64,000 nt of DNA, from the NCBI GenBank assembly GCA_030390025.1, contig JASTWF010001061.1:62001-126000 (forward strand). The letters run 5' to 3'. Both the position numbers and the translations under genes were made by a program. Numbering within the stretch: position 1 is the first letter of the stretch; the number at the start of each line of letters is the position of its first letter. The notes under the pieces were generated by a model. It searched no databases, was not told the origin of the DNA, and worked only from the letters and a program-made list of their open reading frames with translations. This document shows positions 13,731-26,921 of the stretch, one piece after another. The stretch comes from Squalus acanthias. Lineage: Eukaryota.

Positions 13731-14640
13731 TTAATTTAATTTTATTAACTTAATCATCTGAGCAAATGGATATTTAATCGCATTCTTTAACGCATCTCTG
13801 AATTTAGTCTGGGCCACTGCATAAATAACCGTGTTGGTGCAGGAACTCAAACGCTGGAGCATATATCCGCTGTGTTCCATGACGGTAAAAGGATCTGCGT
13901 AATCTGTTCGGAAGAAATGAGTATCTGTAATTTGTATACATATTTCATAGAGGAAATTTACCACCCATAGCAGGATAAAACTGCCTGAAATTGCGAGCAA
14001 TAAGATGACGGATTTCCTTCGGTTCTCCATCTCTGGATCATTGTGACTCTCGCCCTTCTTGCTCCCTCGGAGTCTCCTTCTGACTCTACTGGCCTGTACA
14101 ATGAACCTGATGGTCAGAGCATTGAGCAGTACAATGAACACGAATGGAGCGAGTGGGGTTAAAATAATTTGGAGCCAGAGATAAGCCATCCAAATGGGAA
14201 AGGTGTAGAAGGTAGATTTTACAGCACAGAACCATTGTATGTTATCAATTATTTCACCAGCTTCACTTACAAAGTAAAATGGAATGTTTTGTAAAAGGCT
14301 CAAACCACACACCGTTGTTATAATCACAGTCGCAGTTTTTTCGGTGCAATATTTGACTCTCAGTTTCGGGTAAGAAATGGCGATGAATCGATCAAAGGTG
14401 AAGGCGACGGTTAACCAGACAGAACAATCAGTGGCAGAAAATGCCAGGCTGAGATTGAGACAGCAGATGAGAGTATAGTCCAGGAATGAATTTGGGAAAT
14501 AAATCTCTTTAATCTGATACAGAATTACATCAAATATCAGGACCAGTAGATCTGCTGCTGCCATGGCCACCAGGTATCGAGTGATGCATTTGGCGAGACC
14601 GCACTTTCCACGGAGAGAATCACAATTGTGAATAAATTCG
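13731..14640 (-). CDS. GPR139/GPR142-like class A GPCR, exon 2 (end of TM1 to C-terminus), with a 1-nt deletion near 14610
   Basis: Acceptor ttttattgcag ends at 14641. Motifs MAAADLL (TM2), SVWLTVAFTFDRF (TM3), DPEMENRRKS and LSSCTNTVIY (TM7). There are 68 nt between the phase-1 start and the 14570 ORF where 69 are needed: attctctcc-gtggaaag lacks one C relative to ILSRGKCGL. Confidence 0.88.
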
Positions 14641-15344
14641 CTGCAATAAAAGAGGAAAAAATTAATTAATCATCATAGTCAAAACAAAATGGCCGGCAGG
14701 TAATGACAGTTTATCAAATTTCAGCACATATTTTCTACTGCTCAACTCATGCTCTCTCTCTCTGACTCTCTCTGTATTTCTATATCTGTCACTGATTCTG
14801 ACCATCCCTCAGTTTTACTCACAATCTGCCTTTCTCCTGCCTCTCTCTCTATGTCTCAGTTTGTTTCTGTGACGCTCTAATCATCTCTCTCTGTCTCTGT
14901 TTCTCTTTAGCTGGGAGTTTTCTATCAGGGTATTTTAGGCCAGAATGGCTATGAGGGAGCGTTTAATGTACAGTATTAACCAGAAGTGCGCTCTTAACAC
15001 CCAGGTCTACTCACTAGCACAGCTTGAGCTGCAAATTGGGACGGGTTTTGGAAAAGGAAAAGGGGTAGAATTCAAATACAAGGGATGGGAACATTAAAAG
15101 GGGGTGTCAGAAGAGGGGTGAGGGATTCTGAGATTCTTTGGAGAGTCTCAGAAGGCATCTCAACCCGTTATCCATCTTGGCCAAGGTGAAGGAATAGTGG
15201 ACTAAGAAGAAACAGGCAACTATGTAAAGAAAGGAAGCCCGAGGTTCAGGCATAAGTTGGCAGACCGCGAGACGTGGCAATAGGAAGAGAACAATAAATC
15301 AATGGGTCAAGCACAGTTACCTATACTGTGTATATTTTAATTGA

Positions 15345-15665
15345 TTCCCGGGCTGTGGGCATCGCTGGCATTTATTGCCCATCCCTAGTTGCCCTCAGTA
15401 ACTTGCTAGACCACTTCAGAGGGCAGTGGGTGACGGACTGGAGTCATGTATAGGCCAGACGGGTAAGGACGGCAGGTTCCTTCTCTAAAGGATATTAGTG
15501 AATCAGTTGGCTCTTTATGATACCTGGTCAATTTATGAATGCTCCATTTATTTTTATTTCCAGGTATTTTTTAACTGAATTCACACATTCTCGATCAGCC
15601 ATGGTGGATTTGAACTCACGATTTTTAGAACATTGGTCCATGTCTCTGGATTCTTAGTCCAGGAG
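15345..15665 (-). mobile_element. SINE-like element carrying the family B LINE 3' tail
   Basis: Tail catttattgcccatccctagttgccct matches the family B 3' end. B-box-like gagttcaaatcc on the minus strand near 15606-15617. Confidence 0.6.
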
Positions 15666-16319
15666 CAAAACCAAAGTCCTTTGAAGTAAATGGAAAAATA
15701 ATCCAGCGAGTTTTCAAACAAGCTGTCAGCTCGCGAGCCCCGGTTTTACACCTGGCGAGCAGAGTTCAGTTTACCCTCTGTCTCTCTGACTTTCCTTTTC
15801 TGTCTCTTTTCTTTAAACTATTTTTATATTTCTGACTCTGTCGCTCTCTATTTCTCTCTCTCTCTCTCTCCCTGCCAGTTTCTTCTGTTCTGACTCTGTG
15901 GGTGAAATTTGTATCGGACGGTAGCGCAAAACTGGCGATAGTGAATTGGCAGCACATTCAGACCGTGCCCGAAATACTTTACTTTTTATTTCAATGGGAA
16001 AAAAATTGTGCGCGGAGTAAAACAGGTTCGGATTCGCTATGAGCCGGTCTCGAGCTGCTGCCGAAGACCTATTCCACCCCCAGTACTGCGAGACTGTGGT
16101 GAAAGTTGTTAAAATTGTTGGTGCTGAAACTGCAGAGACAATTGTAGCTTCCCTGGGAATTTCTGTGACGTTATTGCGTTAAGGTTTCAGTAGAAGTTCG
16201 TGACATTTCATTGATCTCAGTAGAAACAAGCCCGTGAAAACAAACAGCTCACAGAATCAACTAGAGCAGTGATACAGGTAAACCCCGAGTGACATTGACA
16301 ACTGATGGTAATGACTTAC

Positions 16320-16389
16320 CAGGAACACCAAACACTGCGAGAATCGGGTAGTAAACCGCTTCAATCTGGGCAAGGATTGGTCGATCCAT
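16320..16389 (-). CDS. GPCR exon 1 (MDRPILAQIEAVYYPILAVFGVP)
   Basis: ATG at 16389, 70 nt, phase-1 donor G|gtaagt. It joins exon 2 to give the TM1 motif GVPANLFTIVILS. Confidence 0.88.
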
Positions 16390-16469
16390 CTCTTTGAGTC
16401 ACACGATGCCGGTGCTGGAGGCAACAGCTCAGTTTGACAAGAAGATGAAGCCGCTTCAATCCAATCCTT

Positions 16470-16477
16470 TATTTATA
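16470..16477 (-). promoter_or_regulatory. TATA box of the GPCR gene
   Basis: TATAAATA about 80 nt upstream of the exon 1 ATG. Confidence 0.55.
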
Positions 16478-17358
16478 TCTGAGAGAAATCTCAAGTGAGA
16501 CAATTAGGTTACACAATGACTGACATTACTTACGGTCTTTTAAACAAACAGATCAGGCAGCTGCTTTTACTACAATGATTCTTGACTATTAGGAGGGTGG
16601 AACTTCTGATCGGAGACACTCTCTGATGAACTTTAACCTATTTGCCCTACATTCCTGTGTGCACTAACTTCACAGAGGTGATAACTCATTAATACACACA
16701 GGACTGTCAAAGTAAATTTGCCTCTTGCTTTTCCTCAAATAACTCTAAATTTGGCTGACAGCGCTTGCTTTTTACAGATTGATTTTTCTTCTCCTTAACT
16801 AGCCCACAACTTTCAGGATTTGCTCAATATTGTCCTGTTTTCTGGTTCCAGAAGCTGTCACACGACCGATCTAATCGACCCATGTCCTCCTCTTATATCC
16901 TTTCACTCCCTCTATCGCATTCCTTGGTGAAAATTGGGGCTGAATATTGGTTTCTGTTATATCTCTAACATTCTTTCTTCCTCTAGAAGATTATTTCCTT
17001 GCTCATTTAATGAATCCTTCCCTTTATTTAACTATTATTTTGTTTTTTTAATCTGTTCCTAAGAACCTTTACTATTTACCTGCCAGTCTTCCTTCAGACT
17101 TCTTATTACCAGTTCGAATCTTTTCTTTTCCGGTCTGTTTTTTTTCAGTTTGATTTCCTTTTACATTCGAAATGTCACTTGCTTTTTTAACTCTCATCTT
17201 AATTTTTATTTCAATTCTCATTCTAGGAATTCCAGCTTTTGGTGAGCTACCTTTACTTGTGGGAATATGTCTAGGCTGTAGATTAATATTCCGCTGTTTG
17301 AATGATGCCCACTGTCTCTGCATTGCCTTATTGTAAAGCTTTCATTCCACATTTTCTG

Positions 17359-20065
17359 GCATCCCATCAAACTCCTCCATCACCATCCCTGGGTATGTCC
17401 TGTCCCACCGGCAGGACAGACCCACCAGGGGTGGCGGCCCAGTGGTATACAGTCGGGAAGGAGTGACCCTGGGATTCCTCAACATTGACTCCAGACCCAA
17501 TGAAGTCTCATGGTTTCAGGTCAAGCATGGGCAAGGAAACATCCTGCTGATTTCCACCTACCGCCCTCCCACAGCTGATGAATCAGTACTCCCCCATGCT
17601 GAACACCACTTGGAAGAAGCACTGAGAGTAGCAACGGCACAGAATATACTATTGGTGGGGACTTCAATGTCCATCACTAAGAGTGGCTCGGTAGCACCAC
17701 TACTGACCGAGCTGGCAGATTCCTGAAGGATATAGCTGCCAGTCTGGGCCTGCGACAGGTGGTGAGAGAACCAACACGAGGGAAAAACCTACTTGATCTC
17801 GTCCTCACCAATCTACCTGTCGCAGATGCATCTGTCCATGACAGTATTGATAGCAGTGACCACCGCACAGTCATTGTGGAGACGAAGTCCCGTCTTCTCA
17901 CTGTGAACACCCTCCATGTGTGGCACTACCACCGTGATAAATGGGATATATTTAGAACAGATCTAGCAGTTCAAAACTGGCCATCCATGAGGTGCTGTGG
18001 GCCATCAGCAGCAGCACAAATGTATTCCACCACAATCTGTAACCTCATGGCCTGGCAAATCTCTCACTCTACCATTACCATCAAGCCAGGGGACCAACCC
18101 TGGTTCAATAAGGAATGTAGAAGAGCATGCCAGGAGCAGCACCAGGCGTACCTAAAAAGGAGGGGCCAACCTGGGGAAGCTTCAACTAGGACTACAAGCA
18201 TGTTAAAAAGCGGAAGCAGCATGCTATAGACAGGGCTAAGCGATCCCACAATCAACGGATCAGATTAAAGCTCTGCAGTCCTGCCACATCAGTCATGAAT
18301 GGCGGTGGATCATTAAGCAACTAACGGGGGAGGAGGTCCCAAGAATATTCCCATCCTCAATAATGGTGGAGCCCAGGACGTGAGTGCAAAAGTCAAGTTT
18401 GAAGCGTTTGCAACCATCTTCAGCCAGAAGTGCCGAGTGGCTGATCCATATCGGCCTACTCCTGAGGTCCCCATCATCACAGAAGCCAGTCTTCAGCTAA
18501 TTCGATTCACTCCACGTGATATCAAGAAATAACTGAGCGCACTGCATACGGCAAAGGCTATGGGCCCCGACAACATCCCGCCTATGGTACTGAACACTTG
18601 TGCTCCAGAACTAGCCGAGCCTCTAGCCAAGCTGTTCCAGTACAGCTACAACACTGGCATCTATCCGACAATGTGGAAAATGCCCAGGCATGTCCTGTCC
18701 ACAAAAAGCAGGGCAAACCCAATCCGGCCAATTACCATACGATCAGTCTACTTTTAATCATCAGCAAAGTGATGGAAAGTCTCATCGGCAATAACCTGCT
18801 CACTGATGCCTTATTCGTTTCCGCCAAGACTTCTCGGCTCCCGACCTCATTACAGCCTTGGTCCAAATATGGATAAAGGTGTTGAATTCCAGAGGTGAGG
18901 TGAGAGTGACTGCCCTTGACATCAAAGCAGCATTTCTCCGAGTGTGGCAGGAAGGTGCCCGTGTAAAACTGAAGTCAATGGGATTCGGGGGGAAATCTCT
19001 CCATTGGCTAGAGTCATATCTACCACAAAGGAAGATCGTGGTGGAAGGTCAATCATCACAGCCTCAGGACATCGCTGCAGGAGTTCCGCCGGGCAGTGTC
19101 CTAGGCCCAACCATCTTCAGCTGCTTCATCAATTACCTACCCTCCAACATAATGTCAGAAATGGAGATGTACGCTGATGACTGCACAGTGTTCAGCACCA
19201 TTCACAACTCCTCAGATAATGAAGCATTCCATGCCCGCATGCAACAAGACCTGGACGACGTTCAAGCTTGGGCTGATATGTGGCAGGTAACATTCGCGCC
19301 ACAGAAGTGCCAGGCAATGACTATCTCCAACAAGCGAGAGTCGAACCACAGCCCCTTGACATTCAATGGCATTACCATCGCCGAATCCTTCACCATCAAC
19401 ATCCTGGGGGTCACCATTGACCAGCAACTTAACTGGACAAGCCACATAAATACTGTGACAAGAAGAACAGGTCAGAGGCTAGGTATTCTGCAGCGAGTGT
19501 CTCACCTCATGACTCCCCAAAGCCTTTCCTCCATCTACAAGGCAAAAGTAAGAAGTGTGATGGAATACTCTCCACTTGCCTGGATGAGTACAGCTCCACC
19601 AACACTCAAGAAGCTCGACACCATCCAGGACAAAGCAGCCCGCTTGATTGGCACCCCATCCACCACCTTAAACATTCACTGGCGTACCGTGGTTGCAGTG
19701 TGTACCATCTACAAGATGCATTGCAGCAACTCGCCAAGACTTCTTCGGCAGCACCTCCCAAATGCGCCTCCTCTTCCACCTAGCAGGACAAGGGCAGCAG
19801 GCACATGGGAAGACCACCAACTCCAAGTTCTGCTCCAAGAAACACACCATCTTGACTTAGAAGTATATCGCCGATCCTTCATCGTCGCTGGGTCAAAATC
19901 CTGGAAAACCTTCCCTACCTAATAGCACTGTAGGAGTACCTTCACCACGCGGACTGCAGCGGTTCAAGAAGGCGGCTCACCACCACCTTCTCAAGGGCAT
20001 TTAGGGATGGGCAACAAATGCTGGCCTTGCCAACGCCGCCCACATCCCGTAACCGAATAAAAAAA
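17359..20065 (+). mobile_element. Family B LINE, most of ORF2 (AP endonuclease + RT), frameshifted
   Basis: APE motifs TYRPP, GDFN and DLVLTN/SDH. RT motifs LDIKAAF, GVPPGSVLGP and YADD. Ends in aataaaaaaa. Confidence 0.93.
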
Positions 20066-20399
20066 GGTTCACTTTTACTAATTGAAACTAACTTTGCCCA
20101 GTTTGTATCTTTATCTTTGACTGTTCTCTCTTCTTTTCAGTTTTAACATGGCATTTAACTATATTTTGCTATACTACAGGCACAGCATGAGGTAAATCTA
20201 CACCAGTATTTCTTGTAGTCCTTGAACCGTGATATTTACACCGCCTTCACTTCTGTTCTCTTTGCCTCTTTCATCTCTTCTCATTCACCTGTCTTTTTCT
20301 TTCCCTTCACCTCTCTTTCACCTCTACCAGCATTTATTTCTCCTTCACTTCTATCCCTCTGTCTCCCTACTCCCTATTATTCCTCTCTTTCTCGAGTTA

Positions 20400-20595
20400 C
20401 AAAGAACGAAAGACTTGCATTTATATATCGCCATTCACGACCTCAGGACGTCCCAAAAATCTTTACAGCCAATTAAGTACTTTTGAAGTGTAGTCACTAT
20501 TATAATGTAGGAAACACGGCAGCCAATTTGCGCACAGCAAGTTCCCACGAACAGCAATGCGATAAAGAACAGACAATCTGTTTTAGTGATGTTTC
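20400..20595 (-). mobile_element. 3' part of a tRNA-type SINE with an L2-like tail
   Basis: aaagacttgcatttatatatcgcc...cctcaggacgtccc is shared with 41875-41926 and 56941-57320. Confidence 0.7.
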
Positions 20596-20929
20596 TGGTA
20601 TCTAGGCTTAAAAATTAGGACTCAACAGCTGCTATGAAGGAGATCCTCCCTTCTATTAACGATGTTTACCATAGCTCCAACTTTCCTAGCAGGGTCAGCC
20701 TCCTGCAGCCCACCTCTATCACTCTGGAGCTCTGGGGTAATAAGTACTGGAGCTGGGCTCCCTTTAAAATTATTGTTTGTGTGTGCCATCGGCCCTTGCT
20801 CATTTCCTCCTTTGCATACATTCAGGCCGAGAAATTCATCTCAGTTGGTGGCGCAGAATGGGCGGTAGCTAATCGACCGCCCGTTATATGCAGCGCCTGA
20901 CATTCAGTTCCATTGACGTCACTGGACAG

Positions 20930-23810
20930 CTGGTAACTGAATGGTTGGTAAAGGTCACTTTGTTTTTTTTTCTTGCTCTTACAGGGTCCGTGTTTAAATA
21001 ACTGGTTTGAGATAAAACAGAAACTTTGAGGTTGGTAACTGTTAATACTATATTTAATTAGTAACTTTTAATACTATATTAAATTAATAACTGTAATACC
21101 ATGTTATATTAATTTAAATTAGATACATCTTAGTCTTAAGTTTCTGTAAAGCTAGTTAATAGCCTATTAAATGGAGGCATGGCAGGGCAGCTCAGTCCCA
21201 CAGAGTACACATCCAGTGCCATGTGGGCAATCCAGGACGTTTCCTGTGTCCTGGACAACCACGTGTGCAGAAGTTGCCGTCAGCTGGAGGAGCTCGAGCT
21301 CCGGGTTTCGGACCTTGAACAGCAGCTGGCGTCACTCCGGTGCATCCACGAGGCTGAGAACTACTTGGATAGCACATTTCTGGAGGTCGTCATTCCGCAG
21401 CTAAGGAGTATTGGGTGACCGCCAGAGCGAAAAGCAGGACCAGGACAGGTAGTGTAGGAGCCCCCTGAGTGCATCTCGCTCTCCAACCAGTATTCTGTTC
21501 AGAGTACTGGTGAGGGCATTGGTTCCTCTGGGTAGTACAGCCAGAGCCATGTCCGCGGCACCACGGGTGGCTCAGCTGTACAGAGGGTGCGGAAGAAGAG
21601 TGGGAGAGCAATAGTGGCAGGGGATTCGATAGTTAGAGGAGCAGACAGGCGATTCTGCGGCCGCAGACGTGACTCTAGGATTTTGTGTTGCCTCCCTGGT
21701 GCTAGGGTTAAAATGCCACTGAGCGGCTGCAGAACATTCTGAGGGAGGAGGATGATCGGCCAGAGCTCGTGGTCCATATTGGTACCAACGACATGGGTAG
21801 AAAGAGGGATGAGGTCCAACAGGTTGATTTCAGGAAGCTGGGAAAGAGATTAAAAAGCAGGACCTCAAAGGTAGTAATCTCCGGATTACTCCTGGTGCTA
21901 GGTGCGAGTGAGTATACACATAGGAGGATAGAGCAGATGAATGTGTGGATGGAGAATTGGTGCATAAGGGAGGGCTTCAGATTCCTGGGGCATTGGGACC
22001 GGTTCTGTGGGAGGTGGGACCTGTGCAGGCCAGACGTGTTGCACCTCCACAAGGCCGGGACCAGCATCCTTGCGGGAGATTTGCTAGTGCTGTTGGGGTG
22101 GGGGGTGGGGGGGTGGGTTAAACTAATTTGGCAGCGAGATGGGCACCGGGATGTAACATTAGAAAGCGGAAATAAAGTGATCAAAGGATGGGGAGAGGCA
22201 GAGAGCACCGAAGTAAGAAATAGTAAGGTATTAGGGACCAAAAAGGAGACCTACACATGGAGACAGAGGGCATGGCTGAGGTACTAAATGATTACTTTGC
22301 ATCTGTCTTTACCAAGGAAGAGGATGCTGCCATAGACATTGTGAAGGAGGAGGTAGTAGAGACACTTGATAGGATGAAAATTGAGAAAGAAGAGGTATTA
22401 TAAAGCCTGGCTGTACTTAAAGCAGATAAATCACCAGGAGCAGATGGGGTGCATCCTAGGATGCTGAAGAAGTTCAGGGTGAAAATCGCAGAGGTACTGG
22501 TCATAATATTCCAATCCTCCATAGATACGGGGGTGGTGCAGGATGACAGGAGAATTGCAAATGTTACACCATTGTTCAAAAAAGGGTGTAAAGTTAAACC
22601 CAGCAACGAGAGGCCAGTCAATTTAACCGCGGTAGTGTGGAGGCTTTCAGAAACAGAAATCAGGGACAAAATCAAATCACTTGTATAGGGGTGGATTAAT
22701 TAAGGAAAGCCAGCACAGATTTGTTAAAGGCAAATCGTACTTAACCAACTTGATCGAGTTTTTTGCTGAGGTAACAGAGATGGTGATGAGGGTAATGCGG
22801 TTGACCTAATGTACATGGATTTCCAAAAGGCGTTCTACAAAATGCAACGAAATAGGCTTGCCAGCAAAATTGAAGCCCATGGACTGAAAGGGACAGCGGC
22901 AGCATGGATAAGAAATTGGCAAAGTGACAGGAAACAGAGAGTAGTGGTGAACGGTTGTTTATCGGACTGGTGGAAGGTATACAGTGGTGTTCCCCAGGGG
23001 TCGATTCTAAGACCACTGCTTTTTTTGATATATATTAATGACTTGGACGTGGGTGTGCAGGGCACAATTTCAAAATTTGCATTTGATACAAAACTTGGAA
23101 GTACAGTGAACAGTGACGAGGAGAGTGATAGACTTCAGGATGATATAGACAGGCTGGTGGAGTGGGTGGATATGTGGCAGATGAAAGTTAACGCAGAAAA
23201 GTGTGAAGTGATGCATTTTGTTAGAAAGAATGAGGAGAGGACATATAAACTAAACAGTACAATCCTAAAGGAGGTGTACAAACAGAGAGACCTGCGGGGC
23301 TGTGTGCATAAATCGTTGAAGGTGGCAGGGCAGGTTGAGAAAGCAGTTAAAAAGGCAGAAAATATACTAGGAATGAGGGACTTCAGTTACGTTGATAGAC
23401 TGGAGAAGCTGGGGTTGTTCTCCTTGGAGCAGAGAAGTTTAAGAGGAGATTTGATAGAGGTGTTCAAAATCATGAGGGACCTGGACAGTGTAGATAGAGA
23501 GAAACTGTTCCCATTGGCAGAAGGGTCGAGAACCAGAGGACACAGATTTAAGGTGATTGGCAAAAGAACCAAAGTCGATGGAAGAAAGCTTATTTACGCA
23601 GCGAGTGGTTAAAATCTGGAATGCACTCCCTGAAAGGGTGGTGGAGGGAGACTCAATTTTATCTTTCAAAAGTGAGTTGGATAAGTATCTGAAGGAAACA
23701 ATGCAGGGCTACGGGGAAAGGGCAGGGGAGTGGGACTAGCTGAGAGTCGGCACGGGCTCGACGGGCCGAATGGCCATCTTCCGTGCTGTAACCATTCTAT
23801 GATACTATGA
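20930..23810 (+). mobile_element. CR1 LINE with ORF1 (Zn-finger/leucine zipper + SGNH esterase) and an endonuclease-less ORF2 remnant
   Basis: HVCRSCRQLEELELRVSDLEQQLASL; esterase motifs VAGDSIVRG and VHIGTND; RT motifs YMDFQKAF and GVPQGS; tail ccattctatgat. Confidence 0.92.
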
Positions 23811-24504
23811 CTGTAATATCAGACGCTGCAAAAAACGGGCGTTCGATCCGACACCACCCGTTTTTCGCCGCTGCTCGAGACGAATTTCTAGGTTTAGAGT
23901 AGAACGCCAGAAGCCCGGTCCACATCTTCTCACTATATCGAGAGACCTGCATCTCACAGCAGATACTAGGAGGTGTGGATTGGACTTGTCATTGTAACAC
24001 TAACCATATCCACGAGGGGGCGCTCACTATAAGCAGCCAGAAGACAAGGCAGAATAGGTCACCACCAACATGAAAAAGTGACTGCACCGTTTCCAATCAT
24101 GATATTGAAACAGCTAATTAACAATTGTAACATCAGACACATTGAATACTTAACAATCTGTCGCTTCGTATAATGCTGCTGATGTATCTCCGATCTCTCT
24201 TTCACTTCCAGATGCCAGGTTACACTAAAAGCCTATGAGGTGCTGTAAGAAAAGTTCTGGTGGCGGATCTGGATGTTGTAACAGAGGCGGAGTTGGCAGC
24301 AAATCGGCGGGTTTCAACAGGTTCGGAGCAGGTGACAATCTGGAATTGGTGGCAGATTTGGATTGGCTGGGCCCAGGTGATCCTATAGACACTGGAGCAG
24401 GACCAGCCAAATCTAACTCCGTATTCACTGGAATCTGTGATCCACGCAATTTATATCTTATTCACTTCTGTTCACTTTATCTCTTTCCTTTCCAGTCATT
24501 TACA

Positions 24505-24900
24505 TCAGCCCTCTCTCTCCTTTCACCCCATGCGCTCTCCTTTTCCTCCATGCTCTATCCTCTCCTCTCCTCTGCTCCCATTTTCCTCTCCTCTCCTCCT
24601 TTCCTCTCTCCTCTCCTCTCCACCCATTGCTCCTGTTCGCTCCTCTCCTCTACTTTCTGCTCTCTTCTCTTCTGCTCTCCTCTGCTCTCCTCTACTTTCC
24701 TCTCCAGTCTCTTTTGCTCTCCTGCCCTCTCTTCTCCACTCGTCCCCTCGCCTCTGCTCTCCTCTACTCTCATCCCCGCTTCTCTCTGCTCTCCTTATAT
24801 TCCCCTCCTCTCCTCTCTTTTACTAAATCTGTCTGGTTTTCCTCTTTGACTTTTGTGACTCTAGAATTATTCACTCATTTATTTTTCTCTCTCTCTCTGC
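24505..24900. repeat. CT-rich low-complexity tract, (ctctc)n-like
   Basis: Visible directly. Confidence 0.9.
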
Positions 24901-24924
24901 TACCTTTTTGATCTAATTTTACAT

Positions 24925-25625
24925 CAAATGGAAGCATCCCCTCTGTGGTTTTGTGTTGATTTAAACCGAATGAATGCGCCCTTCCCTCGTTTGTATTGAA
25001 TTACAAACCTGATGAAAGCGCCTCTGAAAGGCTTTGTACTGAAACCATACCTAATGAATTTGTCCCCGTCTGATTTTATACTGATTTTTAGCCAATTCAA
25101 AGCGCCCATTGCATAAGTTGTATTAATTTTATACCAAATGACTGCACCCCGTGTACGATTTTACGCTACTTTTACACTTGAATGAACTGTGTGTGTGATT
25201 GTGTTCTGATTTTAAACTTACTGAATGCACCCCTCTGTGATTTTGATCTGATTTTGTGCCTAATAAATTAATTCTCTGTGTGATTTAATTCTGATTTAAC
25301 TCTAACGGAATGCAATCCCTGTATTTTTTTTTACTATCTAAAGGTAATGAATGCATTCCCTGTATGATTTTCTTTTAATTACATAACTCTAATAAATTCA
25401 TTCATTGTATGATTTAGCAGTGATTATGAATGCCTCCCCACCCACCGGAATGTTTTTGCCCTGGTTTTATATCAATGAATCGCCCGCCCCGCCCCCGCAA
25501 GATTACACACCGATTTTATACTGATTTTACACTGACTGAAAGCGCACCCTGTATAGTTTTGAATTACTTTACAATGAATGGCTGCACCCTGTACGATGTT
25601 GTACACCTTTTACAGTTGAATACTA
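24925..25625. repeat. Highly degenerate ~40-44 bp tandem array (aatgaatgcaccc...tgattttatactgattttacac)
   Basis: About 15-16 recurrences of aatgaatgc-like anchors at ~42-bp spacing. Confidence 0.7.
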
Positions 25626-26921
25626 TTCATGACCACCGTCAATGTGTGCTCTTCATTGCCAGACTTAATACAGTACTTATTTTTGGTTAACAGCATATGT
25701 GATGCATTACAGATAAACACGCAAGTAATTATTTGATTTAGTTTAACATTAAGAATAAAAGCACAGCAACTAATATTACTATAATTTGAACAGTGACTTG
25801 TTGGAATAAATGGATGTGGTTTGAACCAGAGAGAATAGAACATTGCACAGTGATGCAGGAGGGGGCGCTCCTCCGAGGTTGGCGCAGAGGAACTTTATTG
25901 AGGCGGTAGAGGGAGCTTTAATCTGCATCCAACCGCATATACCTGACTCGCCCGTGCTTGTTACTAACACTGGGTATCACAGGAAGAGTGATTCTGAGGG
26001 GATTGACAGGGTGGATGCCGAGAGGCTGTTTCCCCTGGCTGGAGAGTCTAGAACTAGGGGCACAGTTCAGGAGAAGGGCGCGGCCATTTAGGGCTGGGAT
26101 GAGCAGACATTTCATTAATCAGAGGCTTTTGAATCTTACACAGTGCGGGATTAAACGGAGTAGACTTGAACAGAGTGTTTTATTTGGGATTATGGAAAGA
26201 GTGGGAATTCGGAGAAGAGGGGGAATGAGTTGTTGCTTTTTGCCTACACTACTTGTGGTTTGTGTTACAAGTAGATATTTAATTGCAGTACAGTTAAATT
26301 AATCTAGATCAAGTAAGTAGTCAAGAAATTACACTGTAAACTAAGTTACCTAAATACACAATTAATTAAATTTAATTAAAGAAAACAAGGTCATAAAGGG
26401 ATGGTAGTGCAGGTGATTTGCCGCAACTGTAGCATGTGGGAGATTGTGGAGAGCATTCTGATCCCGGACAACCACGTTTTCAGTGAGTGCCTATATCTTG
26501 AGAAACTCCATCTCAGAGTTTTTGAGCTGGAGTCTGAAGTGCAGACATTGCGGGACATCACAAATGGGTAGAGTAACCTGGATGCTTTGATCAATGAGGC
26601 AGTGACACCCCTTAGGTTAGGTATTGGTACAGGTCTGGTTAGTGGTCAGGGACAGGAGCGTGTGACGGAAATTCAGGCAGGTAAGGGAACCCCAGGTACA
26701 GTGCTGGAGGAGCCTCAGCCTTTGCCCTGGTCCAAAAGGTATTAGGTTCTTGCTGCCAGTGTGGATGAGGGAAAAGTCTGTATGTTGACTGAGCAAGTTG
26801 ACCATGGCACCGTGGTGCAGGAGGCCATTCAAGTGGGGGGAGTGAAAGGGAATGTAGTTATGCTAGGGGACATTATAGTCAGGTAGATAGATACTTTTCT
26901 CTGCAGCCGAAGTTCTGAAGG

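Noticed and set aside
18858-19922. 354-aa RT ORF as an active or domesticated gene
   Set aside because: The upstream part of the same ORF2 has stops and frameshifts, so it is an ordinary decaying LINE.
24235-24911. Ser/Leu/Pro-rich ORFs
   Set aside because: They derive from CT low-complexity sequence.
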